Assembly: GCF_001194135.2 (NCBI RefSeq)
Contig: NC_068983.1
Coordinates: 145,919,975-145,958,141, forward strand
Length of the DNA stretch: 38,167 nucleotides
Source: Octopus bimaculoides
Lineage: Eukaryota
Direction: 5' to 3'
The notes under the pieces are model-generated. The model was not told where the DNA came from. It did not search any database and worked only from the letters and a program-made list of their open reading frames with translations. Shown piece by piece: positions 1 to 12,065 of this stretch. Every line of letters begins with the position of its first letter. Within the stretch, counting starts at the first letter, position 1. The position numbers were made by a program, and so were the translations under genes.

Positions 1-99
1 AAATTAGGTACTAGCCCTTCTAGAGATTTTCATATGAAGATTATTACATATCTGTCGAGCCTTTCGCTTCAGGAACGCCATGCTGGAACGCCAAACTTT

Positions 100-255
100 G
101 TTTTTTCCTCTCTACGTTCCCTTTTATTCCTCTGTCGAAGAGCGTAGACTCGAAACGTAAAAGACTCTCCATTTATCCCAAGCGTTAAACTAATACACCT
201 GCTTGTTGTTCCTACACCTGCCTTCGTCTTTTGCATCTCTGTAAATTTGAACTAT
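100..255 (+). mobile_element. Penelope-like terminal repeat fragment with a hammerhead-like motif
   Basis: GAAGAGCGTAGACTCGAAACGTAAAAGAC...AAACTAATACACCTGCTTG...CTGTAAATTTGAACT. A related, internally deleted copy lies at 14671-14815. Penelope assignment is inferred from the motif style. Confidence 0.5.
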
Positions 256-287
256 GCGCACACATACACACGCACACACACAGTGTG

Positions 288-324
<37 letters not shown>

Positions 325-483
325 GTAAACATCAATTATAAAGGTTCACCTTTCACTCCATTCATCAGATCCGTTATAAACGTTTGGTCGTGTGACCGGT
401 CACACCTTCTGTAAACAGTTTTCGCTAGTTATTATTTCTTACAAACAACTTAAATTACACCATATAAGCACGTTGTCGCGAAT

Positions 484-545
484 ATGCATATTTGTGTGTG
501 TATGTGTGTGTGTCTGCGTGTAGTACGCATATATATATACACATA

Positions 546-622
<77 letters not shown>

Positions 623-836
623 ATATAGGCATATATATACATATACAAACGTATAATGATTGTAGAGGTGCTGAGTGCAATGATATGATTAATTGGGAAA
701 TATCCCAATATTCATGTATATATGTTCTCATAAATATTTATATGCATATGTATATATATATAATTATATTATATAATTATATATGTACATGCATATATAT
801 GCATATATATGCATATATATATATATATATATATAC
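484..836. repeat. Compound (TA)n/(GT)n microsatellite and low-complexity tract
   Basis: Read directly from the sequence. Confidence 0.95.
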
Positions 837-1639
837 ACTCACTGATGAGTTTGCGAACAGAGACGTCGGTAAAATAAAGAGCTGGTATAGAACCAGTGCG
901 TGTGTTTCTTAAAATTTTTATTGCCAGAATGATCCTCCCTAGTCACCAAAAATATTTGTTTCAATACGCCAATTCAACTTAAGAAACTTGCAAACCAAAT
1001 ACAAACCGAAGTAGAACATATTACTGTTAACTGATTTTCCTTGACTAGTAAGAAATATCGTTTCCGGCAGTTGTTTTATTCAGAAAGAAAGATTATATAA
1101 AGTATAATATCACAGTCTCGGAATGATGATTGCAATATCGTCCTCCAAATTCTCGCTCCAATGAAAGGCCAATGTCCGAAACGTATTTTCTCACTGCTCA
1201 TAGTAAATCAACTGACTGAAATTTATACGTTTTTGTATAAACATTCAACATTTGACGATGCTGATTACTATCAGCTTTCTTGGATGTTGGATCTTCCCTT
1301 ACATCCACATTTACATGCACACTGTGCCTTTTTTGGATGCTTTTAAGACATAGGAGCCATCTAATAAAATTCGGTTTTAACGTCAATAAATATTGTATGC
1401 TTATTTTATTGCGTTGGTTGTGTCCACTTTATTAGTTGTGGTGGCGGGGGTCGTCGTCGTCATTGATCCTCCGATCGAACCGAAGCGAGGAAACTATATT
1501 CCCATTGGATTTTCAAATTGCTGATGCTATCTATTGGTTACAACATTTTACAGAAATATCAATGTTTTTCGATAACGGAGCGGAATTTTAACTGAGAATG
1601 CAAAGTACCAGAACAGTTACATCGATGATTCTGTCCGAT

Positions 1640-1760
1640 GCTCTAACGATTCTGCCGATCTTTCGCCGAGACTAGCACTTTTTATATCGAAAAGATGAAA
1701 AGGCAAATTTAATCTAGGTAGAATTTTAACTCAGTGCACTGAAAGCTGGAACAAAATATC
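1640..1760 (-). mobile_element. Degenerate, scrambled fragments of the tRNA-derived SINE typified by 21671-21884
   Basis: CTAACGATTCTGCC and TATCGAAAAGATGAAAAGGCAAA...GAATTTTAACTCAG match parts of the 21671-21884 copy, but in swapped order. Confidence 0.5.
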
Positions 1761-2084
1761 ACGAGGTTTCGCGTACGTCACTGCTCATCCATTTTACTCA
1801 GCACTGACTGAGTAAACCTACAATCAAATATCTTCCAGCCTTTATCATCCCATCATATTATGGTTTTTCAGAAAAATTAGCTGCTGTTTCTAGCAAGATC
1901 AGCGAGCACATAAAAGAATCCTTGTTGACTTGTTAAAATGCAAACTGGTACGACCAGTTTTTGTTTAACGTGTAGCACTCTTGACCAGTGAAACGTATTC
2001 AATACTCTAAAAAACAGCGTTTAGAAGAAACTATTTAAAATTATTCTACGCTTCATTCATTGCTTCTGGATACAACTTTGGTCA

Positions 2085-2086
<2 letters not shown>

Positions 2087-2121
<35 letters not shown>

Positions 2122-2240
2122 CACACACACACACACTCACACACTCACACATTTATATATCTATATCATATATACAAACATATGTATATATATATATATA
2201 TATATATGTATATGTGTGTATGTGTTTGAGAGAGTGAGAG

Positions 2241-2283
<43 letters not shown>
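2087..2283. repeat. (CA)n/(TA)n compound microsatellite
   Basis: Read directly from the sequence. Confidence 0.95.
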
Positions 2284-2287
<4 letters not shown>

Positions 2288-3843
2288 CATCATATTTATC
2301 ATACCATCATAGACTTATTAAAAACAGAAGCTTCCTATTAGTGAAACGGTCAGGCGCATAATTTTCATTAGAATTTTTACTTATTTTTCATCAAAATAAA
2401 TAGTTTCTCTAATTGATTTTATTTTCTGTTAATTGCCTTTTGATCATTTCTTTTTTTTTATGCCGGATTGATGTCTGAAAAAGAAAATATGAAAATGGAC
2501 ATTTTGTTCTTCACTAGTTTTGAATAGAAGCCTTTTCGTTGTGTTCTCAGACTCGAGCCCATCAAAAACTTTTGTTTGAAATTAATTTTAGGAAACAGCA
2601 GGAATTTTAATTTACACCAAAAGTAAGGCTTCATTACTTCTTTCCCTCCTTTTTACTTTCTTTCTGTATTTTCATTATTTCCAATTCTGTGTGTTTAATA
2701 TGAATTCCCTGCATAGAAGCAGTAAAGGAGATTGGGAATCCTCTCCTCCTAGTAACTCCATATTCCTAAAAAGACAGCAAGTTAAAATTATATGCTATCT
2801 AAATTCAGTACTAAAGTCTATTCTGCGTACAAATAAAAACAAACACAAACAGAATGTTCAGAAAGTAATGTTCAGAAATCAATTTCTAAAGCGTGTTTTT
2901 ACTAGCATCTGCAAACGACACTGATATTGGTTGATAATTTTATCTGATATTCCGAGTAAAGACGTCTGCAGCTTTCATTGATTTGCCAACGTTACCTACG
3001 ACTGGAGCAGAAGACAATCTTCGAACAAATAAAAAAAAAATGGAAAACTAGTGCTAGAAATGATTTAAGGAGCCTATTGGTCATCCAAAAAGCAGTGCCA
3101 ATCGCATGCATGAATCCACGATTTTAGCTACGATGAAGTAGTCCAGAAATCTGATGAGCCATCGAAATTCATCAGCTATAAGGAACAATTTTCATGTCGA
3201 TTTTGTTCTCTCAATTTAAAATCCTTCAAATATACCAAAACCTTCATATTGTCATCCAAGAACATTGCTGATCTTTTTGGCCTTTTGTCAGGAATATCAG
3301 GAATGAATTACCGAGCAATGAAAAAGCATCATATTTTACGACAAAAGCATGAAACATTTAACCTTTGTAGGCACGTAAGGTGATGCTCACAACACAAACG
3401 AATAATCTTCTTTGCATAGTCTCCCCAATGAAAATTTGATTCAAAACCCATGGCCTGGGAAGTCATTTGTGCTGATAAATGTTTACAGTTCATGCTAGAA
3501 GACAAAGTAAGCATTAACGGGACTGTCTGCTTCCAAGAGCTGAATGACGATTATACCATTATTTAGGGAGTGTAATGAGAGAATCCACTTCATATATGAT
3601 AGGGACCAATGCTATCATCCGAAACTAATGAATAAATAATATAGCCTAAGATGAATATGGTTTAGCAATAATCGGTTTAAAATCCTTTGATGTTGAGCGA
3701 GAATTTCTCCAGACTTCAGTAGCAAACTGAATATTTGGATAATTTTCAAGTACAATGTTTCACATCCAGGTCCAGAAAGATATTCCAGATTACTGCCAAA
3801 AGTCTTTGTCCATACCAAACAAGAAAAAAAAATCGATGTACTT

Positions 3844-4009
3844 AGGTGCAGGAGTGGCTGTGTGGTAAGTAGCTTGCTTACCAACCACATGGTTCTGGGT
3901 TCAGTCCCACTGCGTGGCACCTTGGGTAAGTGTCTTCTACTATAGCCTCGGGCCGACCAAAGCCTTGTGAGTGGATTTGGTAGACGGAAACTGAAAGAAG
4001 CCCGTCGTA

Positions 4010-4086
<77 letters not shown>

Positions 4087-4396
4087 NNNNNNNNNNNNNN
4101 NNNNNNNNNNNNNNNNNNNNNNNNNNNNNNNNNNNNNNNNNNNNNNNNNNNNNNNNNNNNNNNNNNNNNNNNNNNNNNNNNNNNNNNNNNNGTTTGTGTT
4201 TCTGTGTTTGTCCCCCCACTATCGCTTGACAACCGATGCTGGTGTGTTTACGTCCCCGTAACTTAGCGGTTCGGCAAAAAGAGACCGATAGAATAAGTAC
4301 TAGGCTTCCAAAGAATAAGTCCTGGGGTCGATTTTCTCGACTGAAAGGCGGTGCTCCAGCATGGCCGCAGTCAAATGACTGAAACAAGTAAAAGAG
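3844..4396 (+). mobile_element. Composite tRNA-derived octopus-type SINE: tRNA-like head, conserved core, internal (TA)n(GT)n, 3' body
   Basis: Head GGAGTGGCTGTGTGGTAAG...GGGTTCAGTCCC has A/B-box-like motifs; core GCCTTGTGAGTGGATTTGGTAGACGGAAACTGAAAGAAGCCCGTCG; 3' body ends GACTGAAACAAGTAAAAG. Related copies at 18453, 20510, 25631 and 26700. Confidence 0.85.
4087..4191. other. Assembly gap (N run)
   Basis: N run. Other gaps at 5033-5042, 5575-6168, 12864-13131, 14199-14646, ~24537-24760 and 25930-26148, mostly next to microsatellites. Confidence 0.99.
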
Positions 4397-4983
4397 TAAC
4401 TTTAAAATAATGATGGATGCGCAAATTATTTAATTCTGTTTACATTGTGTAATTCACATTAACCGCCTTTTTACATATTGAAATGTCTATTTTGCGAAAT
4501 AATTTTCATTTTATTAGCAATTGCTTAAAACAAGTGGAAAATTAGAGCCAGTCATCTATTCCGGGCAATACACTTTTGTACAAATATGTACAGACACGCA
4601 GAAATATATACACATAAATGCACGTGTTACCTCCCAGTATAACTATAAATGTGTCAACGAGTGAGGACACTTTCTTCGTCCGTAATACTTTCTCCACACG
4701 CTAGCTTCAGCAGTTTTACAACTGATCAACCACAAAAAGCTCTATGTTGGTGATTCTTGTGAATACACACCAGGCTTTAGGGTCATCGTCGTCGTCGTCG
4801 CCATCATCATCACCATCTTCATCAACAGCAACATGAGCATCGTCGTCGTAATTGTCCAGAGAGAAAAAGTATAAACTCTTTTCAATCATTTTAATGATGT
4901 ATCATCATTTTTATGAGTTATATACACGTGTGCCTGCTTTTATTAAATATGGATGTCTGACTTTCCATGCGTTCTCTCTGCGT

Positions 4984-5027
<44 letters not shown>

Positions 5028-5529
5028 GTGTANNNNNNNNNNACATATATATGTATTTAAACATATATATACAATTTTTTATTGCATTTATGAGTGTGTC
5101 CAATTTTGTTCAATTTCCTTATCTGTGTTCTGCCACCAGAAGGCGCAATATTCAAATGCATTTTGTTTGTTATTTATTGTGATGTCGTCTATTCGTGTCT
5201 TTGATTAAGCATCGTTTTGTTTCGACACTTTTTATATCGAAAAAACAAAAATAAAATAACGTCAGTATCAACTAATTGTGTATATGCACACATCTGCATG
5301 TGTGTGTGTGTATGTGTGTGTGTGTTCGCGTGCATGCGCACGCGCACGTGTATATACATGATTATGTGTGTGAGTACTATGTATGTGTATGTATATACGG
5401 GAACTGGAATATGTATACATATAGAAAAGTATATATACCAAATTATGAGTATTCTGACGTGAAAATATGCATACGTATGTATGTATATATGTACGTACGT
5501 ATGGATAAATACCCATTTATGCAAATCTT

Positions 5530-5574
<45 letters not shown>

Positions 5575-6239
5575 NNNNNNNNNNNNNNNNNNNNNNNNNN
5601 NNNNNNNNNNNNNNNNNNNNNNNNNNNNNNNNNNNNNNNNNNNNNNNNNNNNNNNNNNNNNNNNNNNNNNNNNNNNNNNNNNNNNNNNNNNNNNNNNNNN
5701 NNNNNNNNNNNNNNNNNNNNNNNNNNNNNNNNNNNNNNNNNNNNNNNNNNNNNNNNNNNNNNNNNNNNNNNNNNNNNNNNNNNNNNNNNNNNNNNNNNNN
5801 NNNNNNNNNNNNNNNNNNNNNNNNNNNNNNNNNNNNNNNNNNNNNNNNNNNNNNNNNNNNNNNNNNNNNNNNNNNNNNNNNNNNNNNNNNNNNNNNNNNN
5901 NNNNNNNNNNNNNNNNNNNNNNNNNNNNNNNNNNNNNNNNNNNNNNNNNNNNNNNNNNNNNNNNNNNNNNNNNNNNNNNNNNNNNNNNNNNNNNNNNNNN
6001 NNNNNNNNNNNNNNNNNNNNNNNNNNNNNNNNNNNNNNNNNNNNNNNNNNNNNNNNNNNNNNNNNNNNNNNNNNNNNNNNNNNNNNNNNNNNNNNNNNNN
6101 NNNNNNNNNNNNNNNNNNNNNNNNNNNNNNNNNNNNNNNNNNNNNNNNNNNNNNNNNNNNNNNNNNNNATCTCTTTATTTTTATTTATATCTGTTGACAG
6201 AAAGAGACAGAGAAAGAAGTGACAGAGAGAGGAACAAAT

Positions 6240-6304
<65 letters not shown>
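6240..6304. repeat. (GATA)n microsatellite
   Basis: Read directly from the sequence. Confidence 0.97.
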
Positions 6305-6305
<1 letters not shown>

Positions 6306-6959
6306 CAGACAGAACTCACAATCTAACCCATAACTCATTGAATAGATACAAATATTTATCCTATATACACATATATGCACATATGCCTTTTGCTCCCTGA
6401 AACTAAGTACGCAGAATAAAAAAGATTCCCTTGGTATTTAAAAAGACGAAGATATTTGGTCAATGACGTTGCTTACACGGAGCTATAAAAGAACTTTGCG
6501 GCACTATCCTCTGTTGATTCCTAAAAGGGGAATTTGCCAAACTGTCTTCTTTTGTTCCGACTTCAGAAAAACTGACAGGTTTTTAGTGAGACAGTTGGTT
6601 ATTGTAAGAACTTTGTCATACAAAAGTGATTGTATAAACAAAGCAGTCGGCCATATTCTATAGGATTTTTATTTTTGTCTATCTCCATAGATCCTATTTT
6701 GCATTTTATATTTCGTCCGTTCTACAATTTTTATATCTAACTGATTTTGCAATGTATTTGTTATTTTTGTGCTAGATGTTTACTGTTCTCTTTTACATAT
6801 ATAATGATGTTAAATTCTTTACTAAACAGAAGATGTTGTCTCAGAATGATGCAAACTTTCAAATACCCACAGTCTCTAACACATACATTACACATAAACC
6901 TACGTACATATATGACGTTTGTTGTTATTGTGTAGTGATGGTGGTTGTGGAGTGAGCGT

Positions 6960-7086
<127 letters not shown>

Positions 7087-7241
7087 GCTGGGTGGGCAAC
7101 TCTTTCATATAGTGTCTCTATACATGTTTTGGCACACCGAAAAATCAATGTATGCTTATCTTCAAAAGTATAATTTATAACGATTCCTTTGGCTGAAATA
7201 TGAGTTATACAGGTCTAATTAATGGTTTGGAACGCTATCTT

Positions 7242-7430
7242 GGATGGCGAATTGTCAAAACCGTAAGGGTGACGGATGAAACAACTCAGGGTATTTAACT
7301 ATGACCCTTTATGTTCTGAGTTCAAATCCTTCCGAAGTCTACTTTTCTTTCATCCTTCTGGATTCGATAAAGCAAAAGACCAACCAAGTATAAATATTGG
7401 AACTGATGTACCTTCCTCAACAAATTATTA
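7242..7430 (+). mobile_element. Degenerate tRNA-derived SINE (family of 21671-21884)
   Basis: GTTCTGAGTTCAAATCC B-box, followed by CTACTTTTCTTTTCATCCTTC...TCGATAAA. Confidence 0.7.
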
Positions 7431-8747
7431 ACTTTCTATTAATGTAGGAAATAAATACTGGTTTTGTTAATATATATGAGACAGTACAGCACCGAAATAA
7501 TTGCATTACAGAATTTTGTTTTCCCCCCTTCCACAACTGGTCATAAAGAAATACGTTGAACGTATCTTTTAGCGGCGAGTTTCTTAACCAGCAATTTTTT
7601 TTTGTTTCTCTTTCGCCTCAAGAATCGCACCCAGGCCATCAAAGATTTAGAATCCAGATAAAAAGAAAAAAAGTATTCTATAACAGAGGAGCTCAAATGG
7701 TTGAATCAATAAAAAGAGTTGGATATTTTCTGTTCCATTTAGCTGTTAGTACAGTGAAAACAACTCGTCTCTATAAGCAGCTGTTTTCTTGTATGACTTA
7801 TTGTTGATGTAGGTTATTCCGCGTTCCATTTGTGAATCTGCCGTTGTTTTTTCAGACAAAGTGTATTTAGAACTACGTTATCCAATATGTCTTTCAATTT
7901 TAAAAACTGTATACCAAGCAACTATGTACTACTCCGTGTACCACTTAGATCGACACGTACGGTGACATGACTTTTGCCTAGTTTATTTCCTCAAATTCAA
8001 GGTGTTTGACGTTGCTCGTGCGATCCAAAGGACTCACTATTCCATAGTAATGCCTATTTGGACCTGTAGAGAGAGTAAGCAAATATTTCATAAAGATAAA
8101 ACATATTCCTTGGCTTAAGTGTTGGCAGTATGAAAAAAATACGGTTTTTAAGAGAGGTTCTCTAGCGATGATGGTTGCAACAATATGTAGTGAAAAATAT
8201 CAAACAATTATCAAGGCTACTTTATGATATGTGTCTTCTTCATTAAGTGTGTAAGACTTCGGCTGCTTATCTTGACAGGTCGAGCAACTGGGTCGGGAGT
8301 TATTCATGAGAGGTGATGTAGAAGTATAAGGACGTTTTTCAATGGACAGAGTAAAGCGCTCTCTTGGTTTGGTGTCGATGATAGTGACATTTTCATATAA
8401 ATTAATTAAAAGAAAAGAGACAGTACTATTGACCTTTGCAAGCACTGTTAGACTGCAGGAATTGATGAGGCTGATGTCCTGCCTTTAATGTCTGCAAGAA
8501 CTATGAATATTGGCTTCGTTGTTGTAAAGCGTACGTAATCTGAATGCTTGATCAAAATGCTATTATTAAGTATAATGTCAGTCCAGAGCTTCTGTATGTT
8601 GCGTAATATAGTGCATATGTACCTTGAAAGTTTCTCACTAAGGTACTAGCCTGGCCATAGTTTTTTGCGTATGACCAGTAGTTTCCCATATGTACAAATT
8701 CACGTCTCAATGGCATCGACGGTTTCCAAGAGATAGACAAAGGATGG

Positions 8748-8902
8748 TACGTTCTGAGCTCAAATGCCGCCGAGGTTGACTTTGCCTTTCATCCTTTCGA
8801 GGTCAATAAAATTAGTATCAATTGCGTACTGGGGTCAATGTCATCGACTTACCCATCGCCCGAAATTGCTGGCCGTATGTCAAAATTTGAAACCAATATT
8901 AA
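8748..8902 (+). mobile_element. 5'-truncated tRNA-derived SINE (family of 21671-21884)
   Basis: TACGTTCTGAGCTCAAATGCCGCCGAGGTTGACTTTGCCTTTCATCCTTTCGAGGTCAATAAA...GTACTGGGGTCAATG. Confidence 0.8.
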
Positions 8903-10483
8903 AGTTTCTTGGTCATCGTTACAAAGCATTATCGACGATTCGACACTAACTTATGACTTTCGTTTAGTAGACCGCTATTCTTTCAATTGATTCTTGCATA
9001 GGCTATTGCAATCCATTATACATTGTCTTTGTGACTTTAAGTAGATGAGGTTTGGGACCTGCGGTGTTAGGAATCATGTTTTAACCTGAAAGATGGTTAG
9101 ATTTCAATTCATTATACTCCATGTGTAACTATTCAAATGATATTAAACCAATGTTATTGTAGCAATACAAATGATATTGAACCAATACCTGAAACAAACC
9201 AGATATATAATACTGATGCTCTTGAAGGCTGCCGACAAATTATAATGACATCATCTATTAGAAAAGTTCAAACTACGCATAGAAAGCTATTAAAACGTTC
9301 TCTGCTAAATCGTTTCTTTGTCATGGTGGTTATGTTTAACTAAGTAGAATCAATGTTACAGCGTTTTCTTTTTAATACGTTAATCAAGGAAGAGGGAAAG
9401 TATCCCATATCTTTGCAAATCCTTCCAGAGTGGTGAGATTAATACCCAACACTTCAGCAGCCTCGCAAATTAGTATTCGCAGACAATAACAGGCAAGGAG
9501 GTAATCGATCGTCTGGTGTGAGTGCTTGTAACAAAGTAAACTTTTATAAATGCACAGAAAGATGAGATGGTAACGTTGTTGAAATTGTTTTCCTCCAGGA
9601 CTAGTCACGACAGATAAGTCACACAGTTATGTACGTACCAGCCAGAACCATCGTATTTTGGAGTGGAGTGTATAGGAATGTTTATATGTGAATTTTATTA
9701 GTCTTTTCCTTGTTATTCCTTAATTTCTTTTTAAAATTTCCAATCCCGCATCATATTGTGACTTTGTGATTAACTTCCTTATAATAGCTGCGACAGCAAG
9801 AGGATCACGTGTATATAGAAATATATTACACAATATGTCATTGTTTTACAAGACAGTAGAATAAGATTTGAGAGATTTGGTTGTTATTTATAGCAGGTTC
9901 AATGAGATTTAGATCGCTGTTGGTGAGTGGGTACGAAACATATCTCTAAACAGATTGTTTTACTCATCAACAGTCAAATCCATACTCTATAAGCACAGTA
10001 GACATGTTTGTACAGTAGTTATGACCATTATGTCCATGTAAAAAACATGTTTTGTCAATATTACTATTGGAGAGATACAGTGGTGGCAACAAATCACATG
10101 GTTAACTGTAAACCGTCTGATTTCATGGTTAGTTTATTGTTTCAGTGTGGGCGAATGAGGGAGAAATTAGATCGTGGCGGGAAATGAGATCAATATTACA
10201 TCACATGCCATCATTCCCATGCCATTTAGTTATAAAGACGACGTTAGTGTTTAAATGTGTGTATGTATTGTAAATGTATACGAGTGTTTATATGAGAAAG
10301 GGGGAGGAGGTATGCGTGCATAAATGTTTGCGTGTGCATGGTTGCAGCGAAAGTGAGATTTATGTTTGCGTCGAGTGTAATGAGTGAATGCATGTGTACT
10401 TTTTAGAAGAATTGCATGTGATTACGTGTGATTCTTGTATATAAGTGTGCGTATGCATGTATGTATATGTATGTATGCGCTGA

Positions 10484-10484
10484 G

Positions 10485-10561
<77 letters not shown>
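10484..10561. repeat. (TA)n microsatellite
   Basis: Read directly from the sequence. Confidence 0.97.
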
Positions 10562-10564
<3 letters not shown>

Positions 10565-10606
10565 ATGAGCGATAGTGATGTCAATTAGGCCCAAGGGTTT
10601 CAGGTT

Positions 10607-10833
10607 ATGCTGAGTAAGTGCTATGGATAGACCACAGTTAAGCTCCAGGTTCGGTGGTTATGCAAATAAGGGGTCCAACGTAGGTCATATATCAGCGTGT
10701 GAATATAAGGATTTCGTAATGAGATAAAGAACCATGGCTGTGTATAATATAGAACATTTATAAATGTTCTATTAATAAATGTTCTATATTATACACAGCC
10801 TTGGTTCTTTATCTCATTACGAAATCCTTATAT
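10607..10833. mobile_element. Interspersed repeat ending in a long palindrome, copy 1 (possibly a Penelope-related terminus)
   Basis: 10607-10702 is about 90% identical (by eye) to 15603-15698. Palindrome arms 10703-10760 and 10776-10833 match at 57/58. Confidence 0.7.
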
Positions 10834-11043
10834 ATATGCAAAACGAGAGAAAGCAAAAGGTGAAGACTTTCAGATGAAGAACTTTAATGTATAAATATAT
10901 AGATATTTATATTAATAGGTCCAACTTACACGGAGTTCAAACGACAGAGAAAATTAAAGGGGTGGAAGAAAGGTGTTATAAGTCCAACAGTTGTTCCTGG
11001 GGGCATGGCGATCCATAATAATGTTGGTAGAATTAGTACATCA

Positions 11044-11175
11044 CAATATGCTGCCGTATGGATGCAATTAACATTGGATGAGACGAGCATCTTACAGGAA
11101 AATGTAAGATCTTCTCTACCCCGATGACAGACTCGTCTCATCCAATGTTAATTGCATTCATACGACGGCATATTG
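11044..11175. repeat. Inverted repeat with 44 bp arms and a 44 bp spacer
   Basis: Arms 11044-11087 and 11132-11175 match at 41/44. The spacer contains an inner hairpin ATCTTACA-GGAAAA-TGTAAGAT. Confidence 0.9.
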
Positions 11176-11484
11176 AAAATGCGTTCGTACCTGTGTGATC
11201 GTGTAACGTGTTTATCTTCTAGCCTAAGGAATATCCTACCTACTCACGTTTTTGCGTTGAGGGAGAAGTAGCGCAAATCAAATGATATTGCTGCGGCGCT
11301 TTCTTCTGCAGTTGTTAGGGCCCGGTATGTAGGAGAGACGCTACGTCCTTAGCCAGCCATGCATGACGGCTGAAAGACGAAAGAACTCCACACGTAATAT
11401 CATAGAATATCAATGGAACCAATCGTTATAAGCTGTGCATAACGGAACAGACGAGGATATAAAAGGACTCCTTCGACCCGGGAA

Positions 11485-12065
11485 ACTCTGCTATACATGC
11501 GCACTATGTTTTAACGTTCTAGTTCACTTCCGCTGTCTACAGCAGTGCTTGAAAGGAATGTGTGTCGCCTGTCATTGTCGCATTGACCATGACAGAGAAT
11601 CTGCATCAAATTTTGCCAAAAGCTTGGCGATACCTGCTCAGAGGCCCACGCAAAGTTTTCAAAAAGTTTTCGTCGTTCTCGCCACAATCAATGTGATCTT
11701 GTGCAACTGAAACCCGAGTGTCTTTTTGGTCAGCTGAAAGCAGTTTTGGCACAAACATGGCAGACACACGTCTCATACCAAAATCTTCAGTGATAATGGA
11801 CTGAACTGAACCGTAATTAATCTGCACGTCCTCTGATAACTTCCGGGCGGTGATTCGACGATTTCCCCTCAGAGCTGCACGGACATCTGCGATTTTTTCT
11901 CAGTTTTGCTAGTTGCGCATCTCCCAGAACGTCCGTCAATATCGACATTTTTTCGGCCGTTTTTTCAACATTTTTTGAAGGTCAATCTTTGCCAAGAGGC
12001 TTCACTCTGCGTGCATTAGCTTCGTTACTATGGCACCAATCCGGATACTTATTGATCAGACCTTG
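11485..12065 (-). mobile_element. Rearranged, truncated mariner (Tc1/mariner) relic
   Basis: Minus strand encodes GRSGR...RRITARKLSED...GMRRVSAMFVPKLLSADQKDTR...ENFLKT. Plus strand 11593-11670 encodes QRICIKFCQKLGDT (transposase N-terminus). TIR-like CCGGATACTTATTGATCAGACCTTG at 12041-12065 is followed by TA. Confidence 0.8.

Noticed and set aside
439-912. [12 protein letters not shown] ORFs here and throughout the window (including those spanning X runs)
   Set aside because: Translations of dinucleotide microsatellites and N gaps; stop-free by composition only.
3151-3175. CTGATGAGCCATCGAAATTCATCAG as a hammerhead
   Set aside because: It has CUGAUGA and GAAA, but stem I does not pair, stem III is neither foldable nor palindromic, and the ends simply form a 7 bp hairpin.
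3851-3925. tRNA gene calls for SINE heads (also 20510, 21810-21884, 26420-26491)
   Set aside because: A/B boxes are present but there is no closed cloverleaf, and each continues into SINE body sequence.
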